Shown: positions 39,601-48,519 of the stretch, one piece after another
How positions within the stretch are numbered: position 1 is the stretch's first letter
Layout: each line of letters begins with the position of its first letter
Virus record (IMG/VR): IMGVR_UViG_3300028591_000001
Location: 51,547 to 115,546 of that record
DNA length: 64,000 nucleotides
Reading direction: 5' to 3' (one strand)
Origin: a virus
Taxonomy: Duplodnaviria; Heunggongvirae; Uroviricota; Caudoviricetes
Translations under genes and position numbers: made by a program
The notes under the pieces: model-generated
Database searches by the model: none
Seen by the model: only the letters and a program-made list of their open reading frames with translations
What the model was told of the DNA's origin: nothing

Positions 39601-41110
39601 CTTTTAAAGTTTTTAATTCCATACTTTTTAACTGCTGCTTGAAAAGCTGTTTTAGGATTCATATAAGTACTAGGCATTGTTATTTTAACCCCACATCCTA
39701 TATATCCATCAAATTTGTTTGGATCTTCAGTCTGATGAACTCCTATATATGTTTTATTATTTACAAGATTTGTTGTACAATATACAATATATTTCATTTT
39801 AAATTTCATTTAATTATTTCCTCTTTCGGATTTAAAATCCTACCTATATTGATCTTTAGTCGTTGAACTTTCTATAATCTGTCGTAAATTACGCTCCTTG
39901 TATTATAGCTTAGCTGCTGATTGTCCTTAATTGAGGAGGTTCCAGCAATTTAAGAAATTTTAAAAGCACCGTATAATTGTTATATAATGCTTTTCAATAT
40001 TACTCTACCACTTAGTATACAATTATTATAATGTTTTCAATAAGTTTCCTTATTGTTTAGACTATATCTTAATTCAAATTATTATGAATTTACCCTATTT
40101 CGGAATATTCCTACTTACTTTAGTATTTAGTCGTTGAACATTTCTAAGCGTTTCTTCTTTGAAGTTTAACGTAATCTTAGACTTTGCTGCTGATTCCCTT
40201 ATTTAATTAATAAACTTAGAGTTCCAGCAATTAAGAGTATTTTTTTAATTATTCATTTAATAAAATATTAAACGGAAGAAGGCATCTAATGTGGTATTTA
40301 AAATTCCTTCTTCGTGCATCTCAGGCATGTTAGCTGTAATCCAACGAGTCTTATCCCCAGGTTGGCAAGCACTAACATCAAGAATTGTATCATAGTTGTT
40401 ATCAACTAATCTTACAACACATTCCCAATAGTTATCACCTTTACGAGTAGGACGAGCTACTACCATACACTATTGACCTGAATTTTCAATCTTGAAGATA
40501 TCATACTTTTCGTAGTATCTTTCTCTAAATGCCATAATAATTTCTGTACCACCTGCACCATCACCTTCTGGAACAGCTGCAAATTCAATACGTTTGATAT
40601 AATTAGTTTCAATATCATAATCATATTGGAAAGCATTTAAAGATTGATATTTATTTCCACTACCTTTTGTATCAGTGTAGAATACATTCTTTAAAGATTC
40701 AGTTAAGAAAGAAGCAGTTAAATCAGTGTACATTCTTGAAACAATTCCAAGACGTTGTGGTTTAACTCCAAGGTACTTATAAAAGTCCTCATAAGTTCTA
40801 GTATCCATTCTTTCTTACCTTACGGCTCTTTATCCGCAAACTAATGTTTTATCATCACATTAGATGAGACTATATCATCATCTGCTAGTAAGATGTTCAG
40901 TTTTCGTGGAATCTTTTATTAAGTCTATTTATAGATTCTAGTCGTTGAACCTTTTAATTAAGTATTTCGACTTCTTAATTAACTTGGCTGCTGATTATCC
41001 AAAAATATCTACTATGAAGGACTTCCAGCAATTTACTGAATTTTATATGGGCAATAACTAGAATTTTTACCCATAGTAGGGATATTCGAAACAAAACTAG
41101 CAATTTTCAT
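36664..41110 (-). CDS. Major capsid protein, 5 exons (41110-41069, 40805-40305, 40019-39987, 38683-38290, 37121-36664), ~475 aa
   Basis: Removing four group I introns gives a continuous 1428-nt frame: MKIASFVSNIPTMG|DTRTYEDF...PEMHEEG|YTKW(Q)SNIEKH|RGYIQTHR...ATGNK-Y|MFICNE...YVLREI*. Length, motifs (SDGLIPQVE, GNEITFKVDR) and synteny fit the crAss-like MCP. Confidence 0.88.
37122..38289 (-). mobile_element. Group I intron 4 of MCP (1168 nt) with homing endonuclease
   Basis: Core elements AATTGCTGGAA (P), AATCAGCAG (Q), GTTCAACGACTA (R), AAGATATAGTC (S); P1 CAAGT/GCTTG with U-G at the splice site; terminal G. Confidence 0.92.
37153..38088 (-). CDS. Intron-encoded GIY-YIG homing endonuclease with NUMOD1-like repeats (311 aa)
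   Basis: YIVYKTTNKINGKIYVGVH...YIGCG N-terminus; repeated QY/F...G.FI..W.S..EA modules; no TAG codons. Confidence 0.9.
   Translation of the reverse strand: MNYIVYKTTNKINGKIYVGVHRTNPDIFDGYIGCGVTHKDSKNKVIKGFPKAVQKYGYKNFIRETLFIFPDTEEGKIMAYKKEEEIVNEEFIKRKDTYNLVKGGIINMSESLRKEIAQYTIEGKFIRTWSSIKEATEALNIPNISQNLIGKSKYSGNFQWKYYNGDESDIPPVQTKEKTVYQFDLQGNLIKVWKSASLAAQQFENYNSARVAINNNCNGKVNKAYGYYWSYKHIFEYKETIGKAVAKYNDKGEFLEVYNSLAEAARSNNIGSVSGIHQAIAGKQKRCGGFRWRYFYGNKGNISPLKDKDIV
38684..39986 (-). mobile_element. Group I intron 3 of MCP (1303 nt) with homing endonuclease
   Basis: P, Q and R elements at ~39955-39857; S element (AATATAGTC) at ~38700; P1 AAAAGCAT/GTGCTTTT with U-G; terminal G at 38684. Confidence 0.92.
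38709..39809 (-). CDS. Intron-encoded GIY-YIG homing endonuclease with NUMOD1-like repeats (366 aa)
   Basis: YIVYCTTNLVNNKTYIGVH...YIGCG; four DNA-binding-type repeats; no TAG codons. Confidence 0.9.
   Translation of the reverse strand: MKFKMKYIVYCTTNLVNNKTYIGVHQTEDPNKFDGYIGCGVKITMPSTYMNPKTAFQAAVKKYGIKNFKRITLYVFDKAEDAYNKEKEIVDETFIKQDSNYNLILGGGAERPTEPIYQFDDNGNLVKKWNTLIEAAEFFNCPIKSFKNATLYKEKLFEYFWSRNNSINREEYSKGTPKKPVYKYTKGGKLIAEFDSLTQCAELENKKASSLITAIQGESLVDKSYYYSFNLIDEFKPKPRLSLRGKKFYLYSLQGEYLQEFENCKALQEFMGVKSFSSVSDIINRRNGLYKEYQIKLEKFDKISPAEQRCLKKKVDVFDKTGNLLGTYNSVAEAAKNHNAKLASVNRVLRGLANTTAGCVFKFHIN
40020..40304 (-). mobile_element. Group I intron 2 of MCP (~285 nt, ORF-less)
   Basis: AATTGCTGGAA, AATCAGCAG, GTTCAACGACTA and AAGATATAGTC all present; terminal G at 40020; 5' boundary ambiguous (40304 or 40301). 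Confidence 0.88.
40806..41068 (-). mobile_element. Group I intron 1 of MCP (263 nt, ORF-less)
   Basis: P1 TATGGGT/GCCCATA with U-G; AATTGCTGGAA, AATCAGCAG, GTTCAACGACTA, GATATAGTC; terminal G at 40806. Confidence 0.92.
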
Positions 41111-41126
41111 AATTTTTCAATATCCA

Positions 41127-42149
41127 TTATTCATCATCATCGTCAAAATCATATATACTCTTGTATGAACGATGTTGATTATTGTTTTTCTTTGAATTAT
41201 CTATTACAACTGTAGGTCTAGTTTGTACTCCTTTCTTTCCATCTTCCAAACCTTTTTTATACTGATTTTCGGATACCAGTTTTATCTATTGTGTAAAATA
41301 ATCGGAAATAGTATTAAAAGCCTCCTCACCATTAAGAATAAACCAAGCAGCTTTTGTCAAAGTTTCTGGATCTTGTAAAGCTTCAAATAAATAGTTTTTT
41401 CCAGCCTAATCTCTCGATAACATAAACTCAGCAAGTTCTTCTTTATCAGCATCTTCAAAATTTAAATCAAAGTTACCAACTGAAGTAAAACTATTAATAG
41501 CATCAACTACTTGGGCTTGATAATTTTCAAAAGCCTATTGTTGTTCCTATTCTCTTTCGGCTTCTTCCTACTGAGTTTTAAAATCTTCTCTTTCTTTATA
41601 CTCTTTACGAATTCCTTCTATTTGTTTCTTGAAAAATTCTTCGTTTTGTTTAACAGTGTTTAAAGCCTGTGCAGCTTCTTCATCAGTAAGCTCTCCTACT
41701 CTTGATTCTAAATCTAGGAGATATACTTCATCATCAGAAAGTTCATCAATTTTATACTATGGAGTAACTTCTACTTGTTCTCCAGCAATTGACTAAAGAT
41801 ATTCTGTTGGAGTCATATTACTCTATCTAATTTGTGTTAATAAAGTAATTTCATCCTCTGTTAAACCATTATTATCTTCTACTTCTTCTGTTTCTAAAGG
41901 CATATTTAAGATATTAATTTTTTCTTCATTTGATAATTCATCCCACTTTCGTGTAGTAATATTTCCATCATCATCCTAAAAATTAATATTATTTAAATCA
42001 TCTATACCTCTAGTTTTTAAAAAATCTGACATAAAATCACCTTCTGGTTCCTACTTAGGAGGTTCATTCATAGGTGGTTCTTGAACTGTTGGCTATTGAC
42101 CTGGTTCAAGGATGTCGTCATCATCTAAATCATCAATTCCTATTGCCAT
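41127..42149 (-). CDS. Acidic coiled-coil protein upstream of MCP, probable scaffold (340 aa)
   Basis: MAIGIDDLDDDDILEPGQ(Q)P...; very D/E-rich; open only with TAG=Q; directly precedes the capsid gene. Confidence 0.75.
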
Positions 42150-42197
42150 ATTATTTATAATTTAATTAAAAATTGAAAACAATAAATTTTCATACTA

Positions 42198-42229
42198 CAA
42201 ATATATATTACTCATTTATTGTTTTCAAA
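42198..42229 (-). promoter_or_regulatory. Bacteroidetes-type sigma70 promoter for the scaffold/capsid operon
   Basis: TTTG-N20-TATATTTG matches the Bacteroides -33/-7 consensus (TTTG-N19-21-TAnnTTTG). Confidence 0.7.
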
Positions 42230-42251
42230 ATTTTTTTTATCAGTTGTTATT

Positions 42252-45230
42252 TTAGTTCTATTCCTCCTATTTTTTCTCCCAACGTGAAAGCATCCAAATA
42301 GCATTAAATTTAAGAACAAAATTTAATTCTTCATCTTTATTATTAGTGGTATAAGCTGAAGAGTTTTTAAGAATTCCTTCAATTGCTGTAAACTCTACCC
42401 ACTCATAATCATTTATATTAAACTCATTATTAACATTACAAGACATATATATATAATCATTGTCTGCAGATTCTCCTCCTGATCGAGGACTCCATATTCC
42501 ACTAGCCATATACTGTTCTTCTTGAATAATATTGTTTAAAGGTATAAACGGAACTCCTTCATTATCTTCAGAATAATATTTTCCTCCGTCCATAAATTCT
42601 TTATCAGTCAAAACAATAATTTTATTATTATTAACATCATAATAATAATAATCCTACATTATATTAATGTTACCAGATATATAATTTATAGTATTATTAG
42701 TAATAATAATACGTTGTCCAATGAAATAATGTGCGGGAGGTAAATGAATAGTTATTTTTTGATTTTGATTGTTACTTCCATTACCTACAATAAACAAATG
42801 ATCACAAGTTAAAGATAAATCCAACGGATAATAATATTCATTATCAGTGTTTTCATTATTCCACTAATACATATAATATTCTAAAATATTTTGTTGATTA
42901 CCATATCCTCTATGCAATGTTTTAACTTTATGAGACATAACTCCATTTTTCACATGTATGTCATTCATTGTTACTTTTCCATTAATATCAATATATACTT
43001 TACCTCCAGCCATCCATTCTTCACCTGTAAGGGCATTAATAATTTTTGCAGGCATAAATTTAATAGGATGGTTGGAATCTAAATTAGAAGCTGTGGGATC
43101 AGTAGGATCAAAATATCCATAAGGGACTTTTTCATCGGAACCACTAACATACTAAGTACTATAATTAGTTTTATTTACAATTATTGAAGTATCATTATAT
43201 CTACGAAGTTCTCCATATTGAGAAAAGAAATAATTTCCATAAACTACAAATGAACCTAATTTTGCAAAATCAGCAAATAAAGCTTTTGTTAATGTAACTT
43301 CATATTCAGTAGCAGCTGCCCAAACAGTTTGATCTTCATCTGTAGGAGCAATATTAGAATCATTTACTTTATTAGTATCAGCATCCAAATAATAATAAGT
43401 GTTATCACTACCTAAAACTAATGGAACTGTAGTATCTGTTCTATCATATTTTTTATTAGTATAAATTCCCATAGGAATTAACATTCTCTAATATTCTCTT
43501 ACTATAGGTAAATTTAGAACTGCTACTATATTATGATTCCCATCTAATACTTCAAATTTAACTCCATCTCCGATTATTGTATTTCCATTTGATATATATG
43601 TAGCCATATCAGATGAATTTTTATATCCTAAACCATCATTTATAGGATATATTATTTCATTTATTGTTCTCTATAAAGAATAATCAGAAGGAAGAACACT
43701 AAGTTGACTAAATGTAGTTCCTTCATATTTAAATAATTGTATATCAAAAGTTGATGGATTCCAGGTAGCTACTCTTGCATGATTTCTTCCATATCTAATT
43801 TCACTAACAGTAGCTACTAACTAATATACTGTAGTAACAGTAGTAGTTCCAGAACCAGATCCGGAAGGACCTTTTGGTCCTGATATTTTATAAGGAGTTT
43901 GCCAGCTTCCATAAACCTCTTCATTACTACTATTATAAGATATAAGTCTGTGAGTTGACCAAATATATTCTGAAGAGGATGATGGGTTAGTAGCTGTTTC
44001 ACTCCATCCAGAAGCAGAAGGTATTGAAGAATTAGAAGTTTCTAATTCTCGATAATTAGCGGAATTACTTAAATCTAAAGATGTTGTTTTAAATATAAAC
44101 TAAGTATATGAGCCTTTCCTTCCTTCTGGTCCTTGAGAACCAGGTGGTACATATTGTGCCCATAATTTAGGAGAAGAAAAAGGATGCCAAGTAGCTTTTG
44201 TCTCTCCATCATCAACATATTTTTTTCTAGTACATACATATATAAATTTATTAACTGCATCATCAACACCTATTGCATCATCTTCCCAATTGTTATTAGG
44301 TCCTAAATAATCATCTTCCTAAAAATCATCATAATGATTATCAATCCAATTTGGAGGATAAGTATCATCATTTGGCCAAGATGTTTGTTCTGTACTAAAT
44401 CCTTTAAATATGTATTCAAATCCATCCCCATCTAAACCATTAAATCCATAATTAGAAATCATTACAGGACCAAAATAATATTCCCACTCATCATTTGAAT
44501 CTTTTTTAAATCCTGCCATCCATTCATGGGGAAGGTCTTCATCAATTCCATAAGGATGATCAGTCCATGCTCCATTAATGTCATTTGGGGAAGCTTGTGG
44601 CATATTATTAATAGTAGTTTCTACCTATCCTATAATTTTTATTCCATTATTTGGGCTCTATTCTACATAATTTATAATTCTTTTTTGTAATAATTCATTA
44701 GAAGGAAAAAATGATTCTGCATCATCGCCTCTTTTTGTTCTACAATATACATAATTAATAGTGTCTGAATCTACTCCAGTCGTAGAAGTAGTATTTGATC
44801 CCAACTAAACAGGGACAGACCATATGTATCCATCACTTCCATATAACCAATCGTCACCTCTTTTTCTAGCAGAAGTCATAAATAATAATTCATTTCCCTA
44901 TAAAGAAACATTAGAGCCAATAAAAAATCCGGCTGGAGGATAAGTAGTTTGATTTCTATTATTATTAAATTTGCTAAGAGCATCAGTTGCATCAACTGCA
45001 CCTACAAAAGCATTTAAAGAAGAAATTCCTTCTATACCATCTTTTCCATCTTTTCCATCAGCTCCGTCTCGACCATTCTTTCCCTAAATACCATTTTCTA
45101 TTGCGGGTTTAATATTATTATTTATATATTCGACAATCTAGTTTATATAAGAAACTATCTAATTTAATTCTTCATTGGTAAGAATAGCTCCATCTTGAAA
45201 CTATTTTACTAAAGTATTTAACGCATCCAT
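42252..45230 (-). CDS. Tail fibre-like protein with collagen-like G-X-Y stretch (~992 aa)
   Basis: GKNGRDGADGKDGKDG near the N-terminus; W.D.P.G-type repeats; ALFADFAKLGSFV motif; four track fragments in frame. Confidence 0.7.
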
Positions 45231-45234
45231 AACA

Positions 45235-45516
45235 TTATTCTTTTAAAAATTTATCTAAATCAGATTTATACCAAGAAAGTTCTTTAAACCCAGCTCTTTT
45301 GTGCCCTTTTGGAATACGTTCTTCCCTAATATAGTTATCAAAAGTAGCTCTAGAAACTCCAATATAGTCAGCAGATTCTATTTTACTTAATTCCTTGGAA
45401 GTAATCTATTGTATAAATTCAATAGCTTTTAACTAATCTACTTCTGAAATATTAGAGTTTTTAGAGTCTATATCATCTATTAATTGTTGTAATAATTCTC
45501 TTAGAAGTCCTAACAT
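45235..45516 (-). CDS. Small HTH (excisionase/MerR-like) DNA-binding protein (93 aa)
   Basis: LSKIESADYIGVSRATFDNYIREERIPKG...LSWYKSDLD. Confidence 0.8.
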
Positions 45517-45518
45517 AA

Positions 45519-46175
45519 TTATAATCTTACTTTAACAGCTCTAATACCAAACCCAAAATGTTTTGATTCAGAATGAATATATCCTAATTGAGTTTCTGAA
45601 AGTCCTGAGTGAAAACATACTGCTTTAGTATCATCTATTTCATCATCTACACTTGTCCAATAGGAAGTATAGAATTTAGGAGAATCTAAAAGTGTTCCAA
45701 GACCATATCCATTATTTGGAAAAAATAATGTATTTCCATTAATATTAGAGGTAAATAATTTTCCTGGAACTCCATCTATTGTTGTATTTTCTATAGTACA
45801 ATTATCTATTAATTCTTGAAATTGTACATCAGTAGGAATTCTCCAGTCATCTCCTAGAATCTAGGATGCAATATCTTTTTCTAATGGAATTGATCCAGAT
45901 ATTTGATGTCCATTTGTAGAGGAATATGAATTAGCAGTAAAACTATAATTATCTATAGATCCAGAATATTCTCCTTCTACATATGTAGCAGTATGTCCAT
46001 CTGTATTTCCCCAAGAGAAATACAATCCACGTTCTGTTAAACTATTAGCTCCAAGATTTGTATTATACCATAGGGTACCTGATGGAAGTCCTAAATTTAC
46101 ATATAAATTTGACTAATTAGGTTCAGCATTTGTTGTAGCATAAACACATCTTCCATAATGTTGTATAAAGCTCAT
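45519..46175 (-). CDS. C-type-lectin-fold protein of the Bacteroidetes Fib_succ_major/DUF1566-like family (218 aa)
   Basis: YVNLGLPSGTLWYNTNLGA...GLYFSWG...WRIPTDVQFQEL...NGNTLFFP...YWTS...GFGIRAV. Confidence 0.8.
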
Positions 46176-46540
46176 TTTAACTTAAATTTAATATAATAAT
46201 AGGAATATCCTAACAACAATAACCCTATTATTATAATATGTATTGTTGTTAAAGTAAAATCATCTACTGGTATTGTATAATATTCATCTGTAACTACCAT
46301 TAATTCATTCAATGCAATATAATATAATGGTAATCTATGAACATAACAATATCTAAATACTAAAGAATTTAAATAAAAATATATCCAAGATACAGCGGAA
46401 ACATGCACCAAATGTCCTAATTGAATTACGTCAATTCCGAATAAGCCAAGTATAGTATAAATAACATACACTAAAGCTGTAAAATGTGGAATATATTTTG
46501 TGATTATAAGATAACTCTTATATTTAAGACTTCTTTCCAA
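46172..46540 (-). CDS. Small multi-pass membrane protein (122 aa)
   Basis: Track ORF with a TTG start; 3-4 hydrophobic helices; stop overlaps the next ATG. Confidence 0.7.
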   Translation of the reverse strand: MERSLKYKSYLIITKYIPHFTALVYVIYTILGLFGIDVIQLGHLVHVSAVSWIYFYLNSLVFRYCYVHRLPLYYIALNELMVVTDEYYTIPVDDFTLTTIHIIIIGLLLLGYSYYYIKFKLK

Positions 46541-46613
46541 TTTTACCTCCTTTAGTATAGGGTTTTCCTTTACTAACTCCTGGCTTTCTAATCATAGGTT
46601 TAACTCTTGCCAT
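46524..46613 (-). CDS. 29-aa highly basic peptide
   Basis: MARVKPMIRKPGVSKGKPYTKGGKIGKKS*; AT-rich leader; overlaps the start of the next gene. Confidence 0.6.
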   Translation of the reverse strand: MARVKPMIRKPGVSKGKPYTKGGKIGKKS

Positions 46614-46684
46614 AACTATTTTATTTTTAAATTAATCATTAAATTATATTCTTATTTAGTATAAAATCAAAAAAAAGTAGACTC

Positions 46685-47083
46685 TTATCTAGAGCCTACT
46701 TTCCTTTCTAAATTTTTAACAAAAATATAAGAACGCATATTTAAATCGCCATTTAAATAAGCTAATTGTTCTTCATTTTCAATATCTAATCCTTTAGATA
46801 TATGGCAAATTAAATGATAATATTCGTGTGCAATAGTATTTATTAATTGAGAAAATGAACTTGTCTTATTAATTACTATAACAGAACTTTTTAATACAAT
46901 ATTTGAATACGTTAAGCCAATGTTTAAATTACAAGTTTCTAAATTATTAATAGCTTCTTTTATAAATTTATTAGGACATTTTATTTCCTTTAAAGTTTCA
47001 ATTATAAAATCAATATCATCACAAGAGCATTCATATAGTATTTGAACATCCCAATCTAAAATATTAAAATTATCTTTAATCAT
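46685..47083 (-). CDS. HExxH zinc-metallopeptidase-like protein (~132 aa)
   Basis: NTIAHEYYHL...EEQLAYLNG; start chosen at the ATGA overlap. Confidence 0.7.
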   Translation of the reverse strand: MIKDNFNILDWDVQILYECSCDDIDFIIETLKEIKCPNKFIKEAINNLETCNLNIGLTYSNIVLKSSVIVINKTSSFSQLINTIAHEYYHLICHISKGLDIENEEQLAYLNGDLNMRSYIFVKNLERKVGSR

Positions 47084-47475
47084 AACATTTCTTCCCACTC
47101 AATTGGGATTCCACAGGTTACCATATCAGCATACCATCTATTAAATACTATTCCATCATAACCATCTTTATCATCTATAACATCTTTTACATACATGGCA
47201 AGATGTTTTTCATCTATTATACTACTTCCCATAAAATCATTATTTCCCATATTAAGAACATATACATAATCTTGTAATTGATTATTTTCTAATTTTACTC
47301 CAGCATTCTATAATATTTCATCACATTTTTCTTTAGTAATGATTGGTTTTCCATGTTTCATTTTAGAAACAGCAAAATTACAAAGTTTTTTATTAAAGTG
47401 TTGTCCATAATATTTTAAATAATTAATCATAGAAAGAGGTCTATCATCATAGATGTCAAGAGACTTTCTTATCAT
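47080..47475 (-). CDS. Conserved Bacteroidetes phage protein (131 aa)
   Basis: MIRKSLDIYD...YLKYYGQHFNKKLCNFAVSKM...YVKDVIDDKDG...RWYADM...PIEWEEML*; internal TAG. Confidence 0.8.
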
Positions 47476-47477
47476 AA

Positions 47478-47687
47478 TTAATAACGTCTACGGCCACGAC
47501 GCATACCATAGCGAGAACCGTACATATCGTCATCGTCATCATAATACTTGTGACCTCTTTCACCATATTCAGAATCTCCAGCTAAATCTTCAAACATTGC
47601 TGCAAGACATTCAGAATGCTTACCTATTTCAGAAATAGCTTTCATTGCTTTTCCAAACTTATCATCAGTAAATTCTAATACAATCAT
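47478..47687 (-). CDS. Small protein with acidic then Arg/Tyr/Gly-rich tail (69 aa)
   Basis: Track ORF; ATGA overlap with the upstream gene; ends YGSRYGMRRGRRRY. Confidence 0.75.
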   Translation of the reverse strand: MIVLEFTDDKFGKAMKAISEIGKHSECLAAMFEDLAGDSEYGERGHKYYDDDDDMYGSRYGMRRGRRRY

Positions 47688-48157
47688 TTCTATATCAAAT
47701 TAAATATTTTATCCAATTTAGATTCAAAACCATCAAACCTAGTTTCTAAGTTAGAAAGTCTCTAATCTCTTTCTTTATCTATTGCAAATTGTGGATTAAG
47801 TTGTTTAAGAATTTCTTCACAATCTTCTACGTTTTGTCTATAATTATCAATATTATTTAATATCTATTTACTATTAGAAAGAATACTTTCTACTTCATTT
47901 TGTATTCCTTGTTTAGTTTCACTTATAACAATTTTTCCACTATTATATGAAACTATACTATTAATACTAGGAATAGAACTAAATTCCTAAACTTCTCCAT
48001 CAATTTTAACTTTTATATCAACTGTATTCTAAGGACCTAAATTATAAGGATTAGTCTTAGGGTAACTTACTCCAACAATTTCTCCAATGTTATACTTTGG
48101 AGAGGAAGTCTTATCCAATATATAGATAGGACTTCCTTGTGATAGTGCTGAAAACAT
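47684..48157 (-). CDS. Conserved Bacteroidetes phage protein with C-terminal coiled coil (157 aa)
   Basis: MFSALSQGSPIYILDK...CEEILKQLNPQFAIDKERD(Q)RLSNLE. Confidence 0.8.
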
Positions 48158-48158
48158 A

Positions 48159-48500
48159 TTAAATAACAGTACGTGACATTAAATTAAGCACACCTCTTTT
48201 TCTGTCATTAAATACTAATATAGTATTAACATTTAATAATTCTGCAGCAGTTACATTGGTCCCATTAGGAAGTGTTAAATTCCTAGTAGTACCATTCATA
48301 GTAAGAGTAACAGGGAGAGTTGTAGTAGCATCTGCTGGAATTACATCAGAAATAACTATAGTTAAATATCCTACAGGCTATATTCTACGAAATCCCAATG
48401 CTATATCAACAGTTTCAGTTCCTACGGTAGTATTAGTAGTTAATATATACGGAACACCACCAGCATTGGTTCCCAAAATTTGAAAACAACAATTTTCCAT
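48159..48500 (-). CDS. Small beta-rich protein (113 aa)
   Basis: MENCCFQILGTNAGGVPY...IPADATTTLPV...GTNVTAAEL...; one TAG. Confidence 0.75.
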
Positions 48501-48519
48501 ATCCAAAAATTCCGTTTAA

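Noticed and set aside
38276..40808. Track ORFs 38276-38686, 40257-40466 and 40470-40808 as separate genes
   Set aside because: They are MCP exon pieces whose apparent starts or ends lie in intron sequence or at a TAG.
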